A stretch of DNA of 64,000 nt, from the NCBI RefSeq assembly GCF_022773025.1, contig NZ_JALEZF010000064.1. One strand, given 5' to 3'. Every line of letters begins with the position of its first letter. Position 1 is the stretch's first letter. The DNA comes from Clostridium sp. Lineage in GTDB: Bacteria > Bacillota > Clostridia > Clostridiales > Clostridiaceae. This document shows positions 28,688 to 41,236 of the stretch, piece after piece. The translations under genes were made by a program, and so were the position numbers. The notes beneath the pieces are model-generated. The model was not told where the DNA came from. It did no database searches and was given only the letters and a program-made list of their open reading frames with translations.

Positions 28688-29839
28688 ATGAAAAAATTAA
28701 TCCCTATGATTATGATAGTGATTCTAATGTCTACTTTCACTGGATGCAGCAGTCTTTATGAGGTTCCTGTAAATTTGATGAGGACGCCGAAGCTAAATGA
28801 TAATTACATAAAAAATCAAAAGTATCTTACGGATAGCGAATTAAGGGTACTTATCCAAAGCTTTATGCCTGAAGGGTACAAGCTTTTGGAAGATAATAAG
28901 AGCATGGAGAAGCAAAGCATTTATGATTTAGACGTAGATGGGGACAAGAAAAATGAGTATGTAGTTTTAGTTAGAAATTCAAATAAAACTAATGTAGGAT
29001 TTTTTGTGGTAAAGAGCAAATACGGAAAATGGGCAAAGGTATTTGAATGGATGGATGAAGGTATAGGAATTAAGACTGTAAAAGCCATCAGAGGACTAAA
29101 TGATAAGGATATAAGACTACTTGTAGGAAATATGATAAATTCAAAGGGGCCTTCCGAATATTATCTTTTTAATTTTAAAGACAATTGGGATGGTTATTAT
29201 GTTGATTTAGGAACGTGGAGTGAATTATCAATAGTACAAAGCACTGATGAAAGCATAAATTTTGTGGTGGAAAATAGGGATGAATCCATGATTTCAGACC
29301 TATATTCTGTAAGCTATGATGGAGAGAAGTTTACTTATAACAGTAGCGCAGACATTTATCAAAGTAAGATAAATGAATATAAATCAATGATTGATGAATA
29401 TGAAGGAAACGAGAGTGCTTGGTATTATTATATATATGCTAAATTAATGGCAGGACGTTATGAAGAAGCACTTAAGAATGTAAATGAATATCTAGGCAGG
29501 GATAAAAGCAGAGATTCTATTAAGATCAGTGAAGTAAAGTTTCAGGTACTGAAAGCAATGATATTATCAAAACTTGATAGAGCTAAGGAGGCTCAAGAGA
29601 TTATTGACAAATATCAAGAATCATTCAAAGATCCAGAGGTTTTGTTTGCCTATGATGTAAAAGCATATGAATTTTATTACATTGCGGGAGTGGTGAGCAA
29701 AGGATTAAAAGATACAAAAATGGCTGATTACAATTTCAATAAAGCTTTAGATAGACTTGAAAAGACCTATGATAAAAAGATTACTGGATATCAAGAGATT
29801 ATAAGTGAAGTGGTAGAAAGCTTAATAAAGGCGCAATAA
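28688..29839 (+). CDS. Lipoprotein with C-terminal TPR-like helical repeats, upstream of a two-component system
   Basis: The internal ATG at 28688 is preceded by AGAGAGGA. Lipobox …STFTGC/SS. FG-GAP-like DLDVDGDKKNEY segment. The C-terminal third is helical and TPR-like. Confidence 0.6.
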   Translation: MKKLIPMIMIVILMSTFTGCSSLYEVPVNLMRTPKLNDNYIKNQKYLTDSELRVLIQSFMPEGYKLLEDNKSMEKQSIYDLDVDGDKKNEYVVLVRNSNKTNVGFFVVKSKYGKWAKVFEWMDEGIGIKTVKAIRGLNDKDIRLLVGNMINSKGPSEYYLFNFKDNWDGYYVDLGTWSELSIVQSTDESINFVVENRDESMISDLYSVSYDGEKFTYNSSADIYQSKINEYKSMIDEYEGNESAWYYYIYAKLMAGRYEEALKNVNEYLGRDKSRDSIKISEVKFQVLKAMILSKLDRAKEAQEIIDKYQESFKDPEVLFAYDVKAYEFYYIAGVVSKGLKDTKMADYNFNKALDRLEKTYDKKITGYQEIISEVVESLIKAQ

Positions 29840-29863
29840 AGTAGTTTTAGGAGGATGACGGAT

Positions 29864-30550
29864 ATGGACAAGATATTGGTAGTTGAAGATGAAGAGAATA
29901 TAAGAAGTTTTATAGAAATAAATCTTACGGTAAATAAATTTTATGTAAAAGAAGCATCTTGTGGAGAAGAGGCATTTAAGGCATTAGAGAGTGAAGACTT
30001 TGATATAGTAGTTTTGGATATAATGCTTCCTGACATAAGCGGATTCAAGATTTGTGAAAGGATTAGGGAGGAGTATCCTAAGATAGCCGTTATAATGCTT
30101 ACAGCTAAGAATCAAGATATAGACAAGATAATGGGACTTGAAAGTGGAGCCGATGATTATATGATAAAACCATTTAACCCCACAGAATTAGTATGGAGAA
30201 TTAAGGCTTTGCTTAGACGAATAAAAGGTGTTGAAAAAGAAGATAATGATATCATAAAAGTAAATGAATTATCCTTAGATAAGAGGTCAAAAAAATTCTT
30301 TAAAAATGATAATGAAATAAAACTTACCTTAAAAGAGATGAATATAATGGAACTTTTTATGACCAATGTTGGAAAAGCATTTTCAAGAGACGAGCTCTTA
30401 GATAAAATTTGGGGTGAGAATTTTTATGGTGATGTAAAAACTGTAGATGTCCATATAAGAAGGCTTAGGGAAAAAGTAGAAGATAGCCCATCAAAACCTA
30501 AATATATAGAAACCTTATGGGGATTTGGTTATAGGATGAGAGAGAGATGA
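29864..30550 (+). CDS. OmpR-family response regulator
   Basis: Receiver domain (…ILVVEDEE…, DIVVLDIMLPD phospho-Asp, KPF). Winged-helix output (…VDVHIRRLREK…GFGYRM). I prefer the start at 29864 (AGGAGG, 10-nt spacing). Confidence 0.9.
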   Translation: MDKILVVEDEENIRSFIEINLTVNKFYVKEASCGEEAFKALESEDFDIVVLDIMLPDISGFKICERIREEYPKIAVIMLTAKNQDIDKIMGLESGADDYMIKPFNPTELVWRIKALLRRIKGVEKEDNDIIKVNELSLDKRSKKFFKNDNEIKLTLKEMNIMELFMTNVGKAFSRDELLDKIWGENFYGDVKTVDVHIRRLREKVEDSPSKPKYIETLWGFGYRMRER

Positions 30551-31929
30551 TAAAAAGTATAAAAAAGAGAATACTAACATATTATTTAATCGCTATATCT
30601 ATAACAGTAGGAATACTTGGTGTGTTTTCTTGGTACAGCTTGAGGGAATATTATTATAGAAGCATATCTCACAATATGAGTGAACAATTAGATGTAGCAA
30701 ACACATTTTTCAATAAGTATCTAAAAACAATGCCTTTGAGAAAAGCTTCAGAAGAAGTGGCGGATACATTATTTGTAAATACTAATATTCAAATACAAGT
30801 TATAGATGAGGACAAAAGTTTAGTATTGGATACTCTAGGCATAAGTGATATAGATTTTAAGAGTGATCCTTATATAGATAGGGTGCTGAAGAATAATGAG
30901 AATATAACTATAAACGGAAAGCTCCTAAGCTACAGTGATGACAATGTAATGATAATAATGAAGCCTATAACAAGCAAAAGTACCGATGGTGTAATTCGGT
31001 TTATTACATCCTTAGAAGAAGTAGACAAGGCACTAGACAGGATAGGTGGATTTATAATACTCATAGCAATTTTAATAATAGCAGTCATATGTATGATAAG
31101 TGCACAGATATCAAAAAGTATAATAGGACCTCTTCTAAAGTTAAACGATACAGCTAAGAGAATGGCTAAGGGAGAATATACAGTAAAGGCAGAAAAGGTT
31201 TATGATGATGAGATTGGCAATCTTTCTGACACGCTAAATGGAATGTGTAAGGAAATTTTAAAAAGTGAGAAACTAAAAAATGATTTTATATCATCTATAT
31301 CTCATGAACTAAAAACCCCTCTTACATCTATAAAAGGATGGGGAACCACCTTAAAGATAAAAGAGCTTCAATCAGAACAGATGATGGAAAAAGGACTTAA
31401 TATAATCATCAGCGAAAGTGACAGGCTCACTGGGCTTGTAAATGAACTTTTAGATTTTTCAAGATATGAAACGGGAAATATAAGTCTTAAACTTGAAAAG
31501 TTCAATATGGACACCTTGCTACAAGATATATGTGTTCAGATGAAGCCTAGAACTGAAAGAGCAGGTGTTGAATTAATCTATGAGTATGGAAACCTAGGAG
31601 AAATTACTGCTGACAAAAACAGATTAAAACAGGTTTTTATAAATCTTGTAGATAATTCTATAAAGTTCTCTAAGAATGGAAAGGTAAAAATATCTTCTAG
31701 AAAGATGGGAAGCTTTTTGCAGGTATTCATAGAGGATAATGGTTGTGGTATAAAAGAAGAAGATTTAGCAAAGGTAAAACAAAAATTCTTTAAAAGCTCC
31801 TTAGACACTCCAGGAAACGGAATAGGCTTAGCCCTATGTGATGAGATTTTAAAACTTCATGGAGGAAGGCTGAAGCTAGAAAGTGAATATGGCAAAGGAA
31901 CTAGAGCCACTGTAGAGTTAAAATCTTAG
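30547..31929 (+). CDS. Sensor histidine kinase (2 TM, HAMP, HisKA, HATPase_c)
   Basis: H-box SHELKTPLTSI, N-box LVDNSIKFS, G-boxes DNGCGI and GNGIGLA. The start overlaps the response regulator stop (ATGA). Confidence 0.9.
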   Translation: MIKSIKKRILTYYLIAISITVGILGVFSWYSLREYYYRSISHNMSEQLDVANTFFNKYLKTMPLRKASEEVADTLFVNTNIQIQVIDEDKSLVLDTLGISDIDFKSDPYIDRVLKNNENITINGKLLSYSDDNVMIIMKPITSKSTDGVIRFITSLEEVDKALDRIGGFIILIAILIIAVICMISAQISKSIIGPLLKLNDTAKRMAKGEYTVKAEKVYDDEIGNLSDTLNGMCKEILKSEKLKNDFISSISHELKTPLTSIKGWGTTLKIKELQSEQMMEKGLNIIISESDRLTGLVNELLDFSRYETGNISLKLEKFNMDTLLQDICVQMKPRTERAGVELIYEYGNLGEITADKNRLKQVFINLVDNSIKFSKNGKVKISSRKMGSFLQVFIEDNGCGIKEEDLAKVKQKFFKSSLDTPGNGIGLALCDEILKLHGGRLKLESEYGKGTRATVELKS

Positions 31930-32031
31930 AAATAATAAATTTAAATTAATGTAATAGGAAAACTTTAAGGTTGACACGGAAGAGAATATCAACTAAAATT
32001 ATTTTTAGTAATTAAATATATGCTTTAAATT

Positions 32032-32217
32032 GGTACAGAGAGACCAGAAAGAGGTATGAGATGAGATTATATGCTTTTTGTTATACACAAAAACAAAATA
32101 TTGTGCAGCAGAATTTAGCGGAAATGCTAAATCTAATTGTCATTAAATTTAATAAGAATAGATACAGGATAGTGAGAGAATTATCGTAAAAGGTAATGCT
32201 CTTATTATCCTTTTTTT
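32032..32217 (+). promoter_or_regulatory. Transcription attenuator leader of carAB (possibly PyrR-type)
   Basis: Strong terminator GGATAGTGAGAG...CTCTTATTATCC plus T7 at 32167-32217, 37 nt upstream of the carA ATG. An upstream hairpin GGU-ACAGAGAG-ACC (32032-32045) resembles the CAGAGAG PyrR-binding loop. An additional hairpin ATTTAGC/GCTAAAT lies at about 32113-32136. Confidence 0.5.
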
Positions 32218-32253
32218 ATGTAGCAATATAGAAATAGAGGGGAGAAATAAGAA

Positions 32254-33300
32254 ATGGTAGCGAAGCTTATATTAGAAAATGGAAGAATCTTCGAAGGAAA
32301 GGCTTTTGGATATATTAGTGATACAGTAGGAGAGGTAGTATTTAATACAGGAATGACAGGATATCAAGAAATCCTTACAGATCCATCCTACTATGGACAG
32401 ATAGTTACTATGACATATCCGCTTATAGGAAACTACGGAATAAACTTAGAGGATCTAGAATCAGCATCTCCTAAGGTTAAAGGATTTATAGTTAGAGAAG
32501 CTAGTGATGAGCCTAACAACTGGAGATGTGAGCTTACACTTGATGCATATCTAAAAGACAATAAGATAATGGGAATTCAAGGGATAGATACAAGAGCTTT
32601 AACAAAGCTCTTAAGAAATCACGGAACTATGAGAGGAATAATAACAACTAAGGAGCTTGGATTAGAAGAAGCACAAAATCTAATAATGGGATTCTCAAAC
32701 AAAGAGGCAGTAAAGAATGTAACTCCAAAGGAAAGCTATGTAATTGAAGGTGAAGGACATCATGTAGCAGTTATGGACTTTGGAATAAAAGCAAATATAC
32801 TTAGATGCTTCAAAGAAAGAGGCTGTAAAATTACTGTATTCCCAGCCCATGCGACAAGCGAAGAGATATTAGATGTGAATCCAGACTTAGTATTCTTATC
32901 TAACGGCCCTGGAGACCCAGAGGATTTAGATGGAGCAATAGAAACTATAAAGAATCTTGTAGGAAAGAAACCTATAGCAGGAATATGCTTAGGACATCAG
33001 CTTTTAGCCTTAAGTCTTGGAGGCAAGACTGGAAGATTAAAGTTTGGACATAGAGGATCAAATCATCCAGTTAAAGATTTAGAAGAGAACAAGATATTTA
33101 TAACATCTCAAAATCACGGATATGTTGTTACAGAAATGCCACAGGGAATGAAGGTAACTCACATAAATGTAAATGATGAAACTATTGAGGGAATGAGACA
33201 TGAGACAATGCCAATGTTCAGCATTCAGTTCCACCCAGAAGCATGTCCAGGACCAAGAGAAAATCAATACTTATTCGATAAATTTTTAGGTTTAATATAG
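32254..33300 (+). CDS. carA: Carbamoyl-phosphate synthase small (glutaminase) subunit
   Basis: [17 protein letters not shown] motif. GATase catalytic [17 protein letters not shown] and FSIQFHPE. Confidence 0.95.
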   Translation: MVAKLILENGRIFEGKAFGYISDTVGEVVFNTGMTGYQEILTDPSYYGQIVTMTYPLIGNYGINLEDLESASPKVKGFIVREASDEPNNWRCELTLDAYLKDNKIMGIQGIDTRALTKLLRNHGTMRGIITTKELGLEEAQNLIMGFSNKEAVKNVTPKESYVIEGEGHHVAVMDFGIKANILRCFKERGCKITVFPAHATSEEILDVNPDLVFLSNGPGDPEDLDGAIETIKNLVGKKPIAGICLGHQLLALSLGGKTGRLKFGHRGSNHPVKDLEENKIFITSQNHGYVVTEMPQGMKVTHINVNDETIEGMRHETMPMFSIQFHPEACPGPRENQYLFDKFLGLI

Positions 33301-33316
33301 GGGAGGAGAGAGTAGT

Positions 33317-36300
33317 ATGCCATTAAATAAAGATATTAAAAAAGTTTTAGTTATAGGATCAGGTCCAATAATCATAGGTCAGGCAGCAGAATTCGATTAT
33401 TCAGGAACTCAAGCTTGTGAAGCATTAAGAGAAGAAGGAATAGAAGTAGTACTAGTTAATTCTAACCCAGCTACAATAATGACAGACAAAGAAATCGCAG
33501 ATAAGGTTTATATAGAGCCACTTACAGTAGAATTCGTTGAGAAGATAATAGAAAAGGAAAGACCAGACAGCGTTCTTGCAGGAATGGGCGGACAGACAGC
33601 ACTAAACTTAGCTGTAGAACTTTCTGAAAAGGGGATACTTGAAAAATACGGGGTAAATGTAATAGGAACTTCCATTGCATCTATAAAGAAAGGTGAAGAC
33701 AGAGAGCTTTTCAAAGACCTTATGGATGAAATAAATGAGCCAATAATAGAGAGTGACATAGTTACAACTCTAGAGCATGGAATGGAGTATGCAAATCAAA
33801 TAGGATACCCAGTTATAGTAAGACCAGCTTACACACTAGGGGGAACAGGCGGCGGAATCGCAGAAAATGAAGAGTCATTAAAGATTATATTAGAGTCAGG
33901 ACTTAAACTAAGTCCAGTTGGTCAAGTACTTCTTGAAAAGAGCGTAAAGGGATGGAAAGAAGTAGAGTACGAGGTTATGAGAGATGGTGATGGAAACTGT
34001 ATCACAATATGTAATATGGAGAACATCGATCCTGTTGGAGTACATACAGGAGATAGTATAGTTGTAGCACCAAGTCAGACTTTATCAGACAAAGAGTATC
34101 AAATGCTTAGAACAGCATCAATAAACATAATAAATGCTGTAGGAATAGAGGGAGGATGTAACGTACAGTTTGCACTTCACCCAACAAGCTTCAAATATGC
34201 TGTAATTGAAATCAACCCAAGAGTTAGTAGATCATCAGCTCTTGCATCAAAAGCAACAGGATATCCAATAGCAAAGCTTGCTACAAAGATAGCTTTAGGA
34301 TATACCCTAGATGAGATAAAGAATGCAGTTACAGGAAAGACTTATGCATGTTTTGAACCAACGCTCGACTACGTAGTAGTAAAGATTCCAAAGTGGCCTT
34401 TCGATAAATTCAAGAAGGCAGATAGAATACTAGGAACAAAGATGATGGCAACTGGAGAGATAATGGCTATAGGTTCAAACTTTGAAGCAGCTCTTCTAAA
34501 GGGGGTACGTTCTTTAGAAATCGGACAATACTCACTAGAGCATAAGGCTTCAAGAACTTACTCAATGGAGCACCTTAAAAAGAGAGTTATAACTCCAGAT
34601 GACGAAAGATTATTCGCACTAGCTGAAATTCTAAGAAGAGGATACTCTATAGAAAAGGTATGTGAAATCACAGGAATGGATAAATTCTTCGTGAACAAAA
34701 TCAAATATATCGTAGACCAAGAAGAAAGACTAAAAAATAGCTCAGTTGATGATTTAAATAAAGAATGGTTATTTGAACTTAAGAGAAAAGGATTCTCTGA
34801 TAAGGCAATAGCTGATTTCTTAAAAGCTACACCAGAAGAGATTCTAGAGCTTCGAAACATATGGAAGATAAAAGTAGGCTACAACATGGTTGATACCTGC
34901 GGAGGAGAGTTTGAAGCATTATCACCATATTATTACTCAGCTTATGGAGTAGATGATGAGGTTGTAGTAAGTGACAAGAAAAAGGTTATAGTTATAGGTT
35001 CTGGTCCTATAAGAATAGGTCAGGGAATAGAGTTTGACTACGCTTCAGTTCACTGTATAAAAGCCCTAGAAAACATGGGAATCGAAACAATAATCATAAA
35101 TAATAACCCAGAGACAGTAAGTACAGACTTTGATATCTCAGATAAGCTATACTTCGAACCACTTACAGAAGAAGATACACTAAATATAATAGAGAAAGAA
35201 AAACCATTAGGAGTTATTCTTCAGTTTGGTGGACAGACAGCTATAAAGCTTGCAAAATTCTTCGAAGAGAAAAAGGTTCCTGTGTTAGGAACACTTCCAA
35301 GTCACATAGATGAAGCGGAAGATAGAGAAAAGTTTGATGAAATACTAGAAAAACTTGATATAAAGAGGCCAAAGGGAAAAGCTGTATGGTCTGTTGAAGA
35401 GGGAATGAAAGAAGCAGAAGCTTTAGGATACCCAGTGCTTGTTAGACCTTCATATGTACTTGGCGGACAGGGAATGGAAATCACTTACGAAGAAAAAGAA
35501 CTTAAGGCATACTTAGAGGGAGCTTTCATAAGAGATAGCAAAAATCCAGTATTAATAGACAGATACTTACTAGGAAGAGAAATAGAAGTAGATGCTATAT
35601 GCGATGGAGAAGATATATTAATCCCTGGAATAATGGAACACTTAGATAGGGCAGGAATACACTCAGGGGATAGTGTAACTATATATCCAAGCCAAAATAT
35701 AAATGACCAAATAAAAGCAGCAGTTTTAGATTACTCAAGAAAGCTTGCACTAGAATTAAAAGTAATGGGTATGATAAACATTCAGTTCATAGAATTCAAA
35801 GGAGAACTTTATGTAATAGAAGTTAACCCAAGAGCAAGTAGAACAGTTCCATATATAAGCAAGGTTTCAGGAGTGCCTATAGTTGATATAGCGACAAGAG
35901 TCATGCTTGGAGAAAAGATAAAGGACATCGGATATGGAGTAGACATTTATAAAGAGCCTGAAGTTATATCAGTTAAGGTTCCAGTATTCTCAACTCACAA
36001 GCTAGGAAAAGTAGAAGTAAGTTTAGGACCAGAGATGAAATCAACAGGAGAAGTTCTAGGACTTGGACATACAGTTGAAGAAGCTCTTTATAAGGGATTT
36101 GTAGCAGCAGGAACTTATATGATGGAGTCATCAAAGAGAATATTAGCTACAGTTAATAACAAAGATAAGAAGGAATTCTTACCGATAGCAGAGAATTTAA
36201 GTAAATTAGGCTACACTTTTGTAGCGACATCTGGAACAGCAGCTCTTTTAAGAGAAGCAGGAATAGAAGTTACAGAAGTTAGAAAGATAAATGAAGAAAA

Positions 36301-36517
36301 GCCAAACATACTAGATTTAATAGAAAATGGAGAAATTGATCTTGTAGTCAACACTCCAACAAAGGGAAATGACTCATCTAGAGATGGTTTCAAAATAAGA
36401 AGAACAGCTATAGAGCGTTCAATCCCAGTTATTACATCAATAGACACTTTAATCGCCATAACTAGAATCGAAGGAAAAGACATAAAGATAAAAGACCTAG
36501 ATGTAATAAGCCTATAA
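33317..36517 (+). CDS. carB: Carbamoyl-phosphate synthase large subunit
   Basis: 1066 aa. Duplicated ATP-grasp halves (…[20 protein letters not shown]… and …[19 protein letters not shown]…) and a C-terminal MGS-like domain. Confidence 0.96.
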   Translation: MPLNKDIKKVLVIGSGPIIIGQAAEFDYSGTQACEALREEGIEVVLVNSNPATIMTDKEIADKVYIEPLTVEFVEKIIEKERPDSVLAGMGGQTALNLAVELSEKGILEKYGVNVIGTSIASIKKGEDRELFKDLMDEINEPIIESDIVTTLEHGMEYANQIGYPVIVRPAYTLGGTGGGIAENEESLKIILESGLKLSPVGQVLLEKSVKGWKEVEYEVMRDGDGNCITICNMENIDPVGVHTGDSIVVAPSQTLSDKEYQMLRTASINIINAVGIEGGCNVQFALHPTSFKYAVIEINPRVSRSSALASKATGYPIAKLATKIALGYTLDEIKNAVTGKTYACFEPTLDYVVVKIPKWPFDKFKKADRILGTKMMATGEIMAIGSNFEAALLKGVRSLEIGQYSLEHKASRTYSMEHLKKRVITPDDERLFALAEILRRGYSIEKVCEITGMDKFFVNKIKYIVDQEERLKNSSVDDLNKEWLFELKRKGFSDKAIADFLKATPEEILELRNIWKIKVGYNMVDTCGGEFEALSPYYYSAYGVDDEVVVSDKKKVIVIGSGPIRIGQGIEFDYASVHCIKALENMGIETIIINNNPETVSTDFDISDKLYFEPLTEEDTLNIIEKEKPLGVILQFGGQTAIKLAKFFEEKKVPVLGTLPSHIDEAEDREKFDEILEKLDIKRPKGKAVWSVEEGMKEAEALGYPVLVRPSYVLGGQGMEITYEEKELKAYLEGAFIRDSKNPVLIDRYLLGREIEVDAICDGEDILIPGIMEHLDRAGIHSGDSVTIYPSQNINDQIKAAVLDYSRKLALELKVMGMINIQFIEFKGELYVIEVNPRASRTVPYISKVSGVPIVDIATRVMLGEKIKDIGYGVDIYKEPEVISVKVPVFSTHKLGKVEVSLGPEMKSTGEVLGLGHTVEEALYKGFVAAGTYMMESSKRILATVNNKDKKEFLPIAENLSKLGYTFVATSGTAALLREAGIEVTEVRKINEEKPNILDLIENGEIDLVVNTPTKGNDSSRDGFKIRRTAIERSIPVITSIDTLIAITRIEGKDIKIKDLDVISL

Positions 36518-36537
36518 TATAAAAAAACATAATATAA

Positions 36538-36603
36538 GACCGACTTTGATATTGGATGACAGGACAAAAATATAGCATCTAGTGTTAAAGTCGGTCATTT
36601 TAG
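36538..36603 (+). terminator. Probable terminator after carB (large-loop hairpin)
   Basis: GACCGACTTT...AAAGTCGGTC forms a 10-bp stem followed by ATTTTAGTTT. The loop is unusually long at about 39 nt. Confidence 0.5.
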
Positions 36604-36635
36604 TTTCTAAAATATTCATTTGGGGGGATAGGTAG

Positions 36636-39686
<3,051 letters not shown>

Positions 39687-39769
39687 ATTAAATCCTCACT
39701 CCTTAGAAAGTTGAACTATTTTTTATATTAGTTTAAAATGGAAGGTAATGAAAAAAGGGGGAAATAGGA

Positions 39770-40576
39770 GTGAGTACGTGTATATACTATTTTACTGCAA
39801 CAGGAAATTCTTTGTATATTGCAAAAATGCTTGGAAACATAATACCTGACAGTAAAATTCTTTCTATACTTCAGTCTAGTAAAAAAGAGAAAACCAGTGT
39901 AGAGGCAGATAAAATTGGTTTTGTATTTCCTTTGTATTATGGAGGTATTCCTAGAGTTGTAGAGCAATTTATAAAAAAGCTAGATATAAAGGGAAATCCT
40001 GAAATATTTGCCATAGCTACAAGGGGAAGCAGCACTGGAATGCTAAAAAGTCAAATTAATAAGCTCATGATGCCAAAAAATTTGCAATTAAATTATTTGA
40101 CCTATATAAATATGCCATCAAATTATGTGAGACTTTATGATATGAAGGGAAAGCAGGAAAATAAAAATATAATACTAAATGCTAAAGATGAGGCCATAAA
40201 AGCAGCCCACGAAATTGAAACGGGCATAAACAAAGTTGAAAAAGATTCTATTGTAGCAAGCTTAATATATAAGCCTATGTATAAGTTATGGAAAAAATCT
40301 TTGCGTAGAAAAGATACAAACTTCACTATCAATAATGACTGTAATCGTTGCGGAACCTGTGTGAAGATATGTCCTGTAAATAACATAATCTTAGATGATG
40401 GAAATCCAAAATGGCTTCATAATTGTGAGGACTGTATGGCATGCATCCATATATGCCCTAAAAAAGCTATAAACATAGGAACAAAAACAGAAAAAAGAAG
40501 CAGATATAGAAACCCATTTGTAGATGTTAAGGAAATAATAGATCAAAAGATTACAAAAGAAGATATAACTTACTAA
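39770..40576 (+). CDS. EFR1-family ferredoxin (flavodoxin-like domain plus 2x[4Fe-4S] motif)
   Basis: N-terminus CIYYFTATGNSLYIAKML (flavodoxin-like). C-terminus CNRCGTCVKICP and CEDCMACIHICP. GTG start after GGAAATAGGA. Confidence 0.75.
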   Translation: MSTCIYYFTATGNSLYIAKMLGNIIPDSKILSILQSSKKEKTSVEADKIGFVFPLYYGGIPRVVEQFIKKLDIKGNPEIFAIATRGSSTGMLKSQINKLMMPKNLQLNYLTYINMPSNYVRLYDMKGKQENKNIILNAKDEAIKAAHEIETGINKVEKDSIVASLIYKPMYKLWKKSLRRKDTNFTINNDCNRCGTCVKICPVNNIILDDGNPKWLHNCEDCMACIHICPKKAINIGTKTEKRSRYRNPFVDVKEIIDQKITKEDITY

Positions 40577-40682
40577 ACTTATATAATCAAATAAGGAAAA
40601 GTTAAAGAGATCATGAAAAGAAGTAGGGTAGGCCTTAAAAGCTTATCCTATTTTATTTTTTTCATAAAATATTACAATAGTA

Positions 40683-40711
40683 TTGACAAACGAACATGTG
40701 TTCTGTAAAAT
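40683..40711 (+). promoter_or_regulatory. Sigma-A promoter with an embedded LexA (Cheo) box
   Basis: TTGACA (40683-40688), 17 nt, TAAAAT (40706-40711). The spacer contains CGAACATGTGTTCT (40691-40704), which fits CGAAC-N4-GTTC(G/T). Confidence 0.7.
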
Positions 40712-40786
40712 AAATATTGTGATGATGCATAATATTTTTACTTCAGAATATATATTATTAAAGTGATATTCAAAGGAGAGAGAAAC

Positions 40787-41059
40787 ATGAAGAAGAAAAG
40801 TGGGTTGTTTGTAAAGATAAATTATAAGAATGAACTAAATAGTATGGGACAGAAGGCAGAACTTAAGCATCAAAGGGGAACGGGAGAACTGAACAAATAC
40901 TTATTCTGTGCAGGAACATATAATAAAGATGGTGGCACTATGATATTTAGAGCCAATGATATAGAAGAAGCAAAATATATTGTAGATAATAATCCATTCG
41001 TTAATATGGCCAGATATAGCTATGAGATATTAAGTAGAAACAGCATTGTTTTAAGTTAA
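40787..41059 (+). CDS. YciI-like (Dabb-fold) small protein
   Basis: 90 aa from the ATG at 40787 (AAAGGAGAG RBS). The pattern …H….L..AG…..G.MIFRANDIEEAKYIVDNNPF… resembles the YciI family. Confidence 0.55.
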   Translation: MKKKSGLFVKINYKNELNSMGQKAELKHQRGTGELNKYLFCAGTYNKDGGTMIFRANDIEEAKYIVDNNPFVNMARYSYEILSRNSIVLS

Positions 41060-41102
41060 GAGTTATTTAGATCAAGAGCTAAGAGTGACATAGTGAAGAG
41101 TT
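41055..41102 (+). repeat. Copy A of a short dispersed repeat (GTTAAGAGTT … TAGTGAAGAGTT)
   Basis: GTTAAGAGTTATTTAGATCAAGAGCTAAGAGTGACATAGTGAAGAGTT. The ends match copies B and C, with a 16-nt internal expansion. It overlaps the stop codon of the YciI-like gene. Confidence 0.6.
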
Positions 41103-41236
41103 TGAACGGAAATTTTGAGAATGCGGCAATAGTTTTTGATATATTTAAGATTTATTTTTTAGTTGAACGGGATAGAATGATTCTTTATATAAAAAGCTCC
41201 ATGAAGTGTATATTGCTTCATGGAGCTTAATTGCGT

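Noticed and set aside
32061-32189. 42-aa ORF in the carAB leader with a GAGG RBS that ends inside the terminator loop (possible leader peptide)
   Set aside because: It has no run of regulatory codons (only scattered Arg). Ribosome-mediated attenuation is uncommon in Firmicutes, and a protein- or RNA-mediated antiterminator is more plausible.
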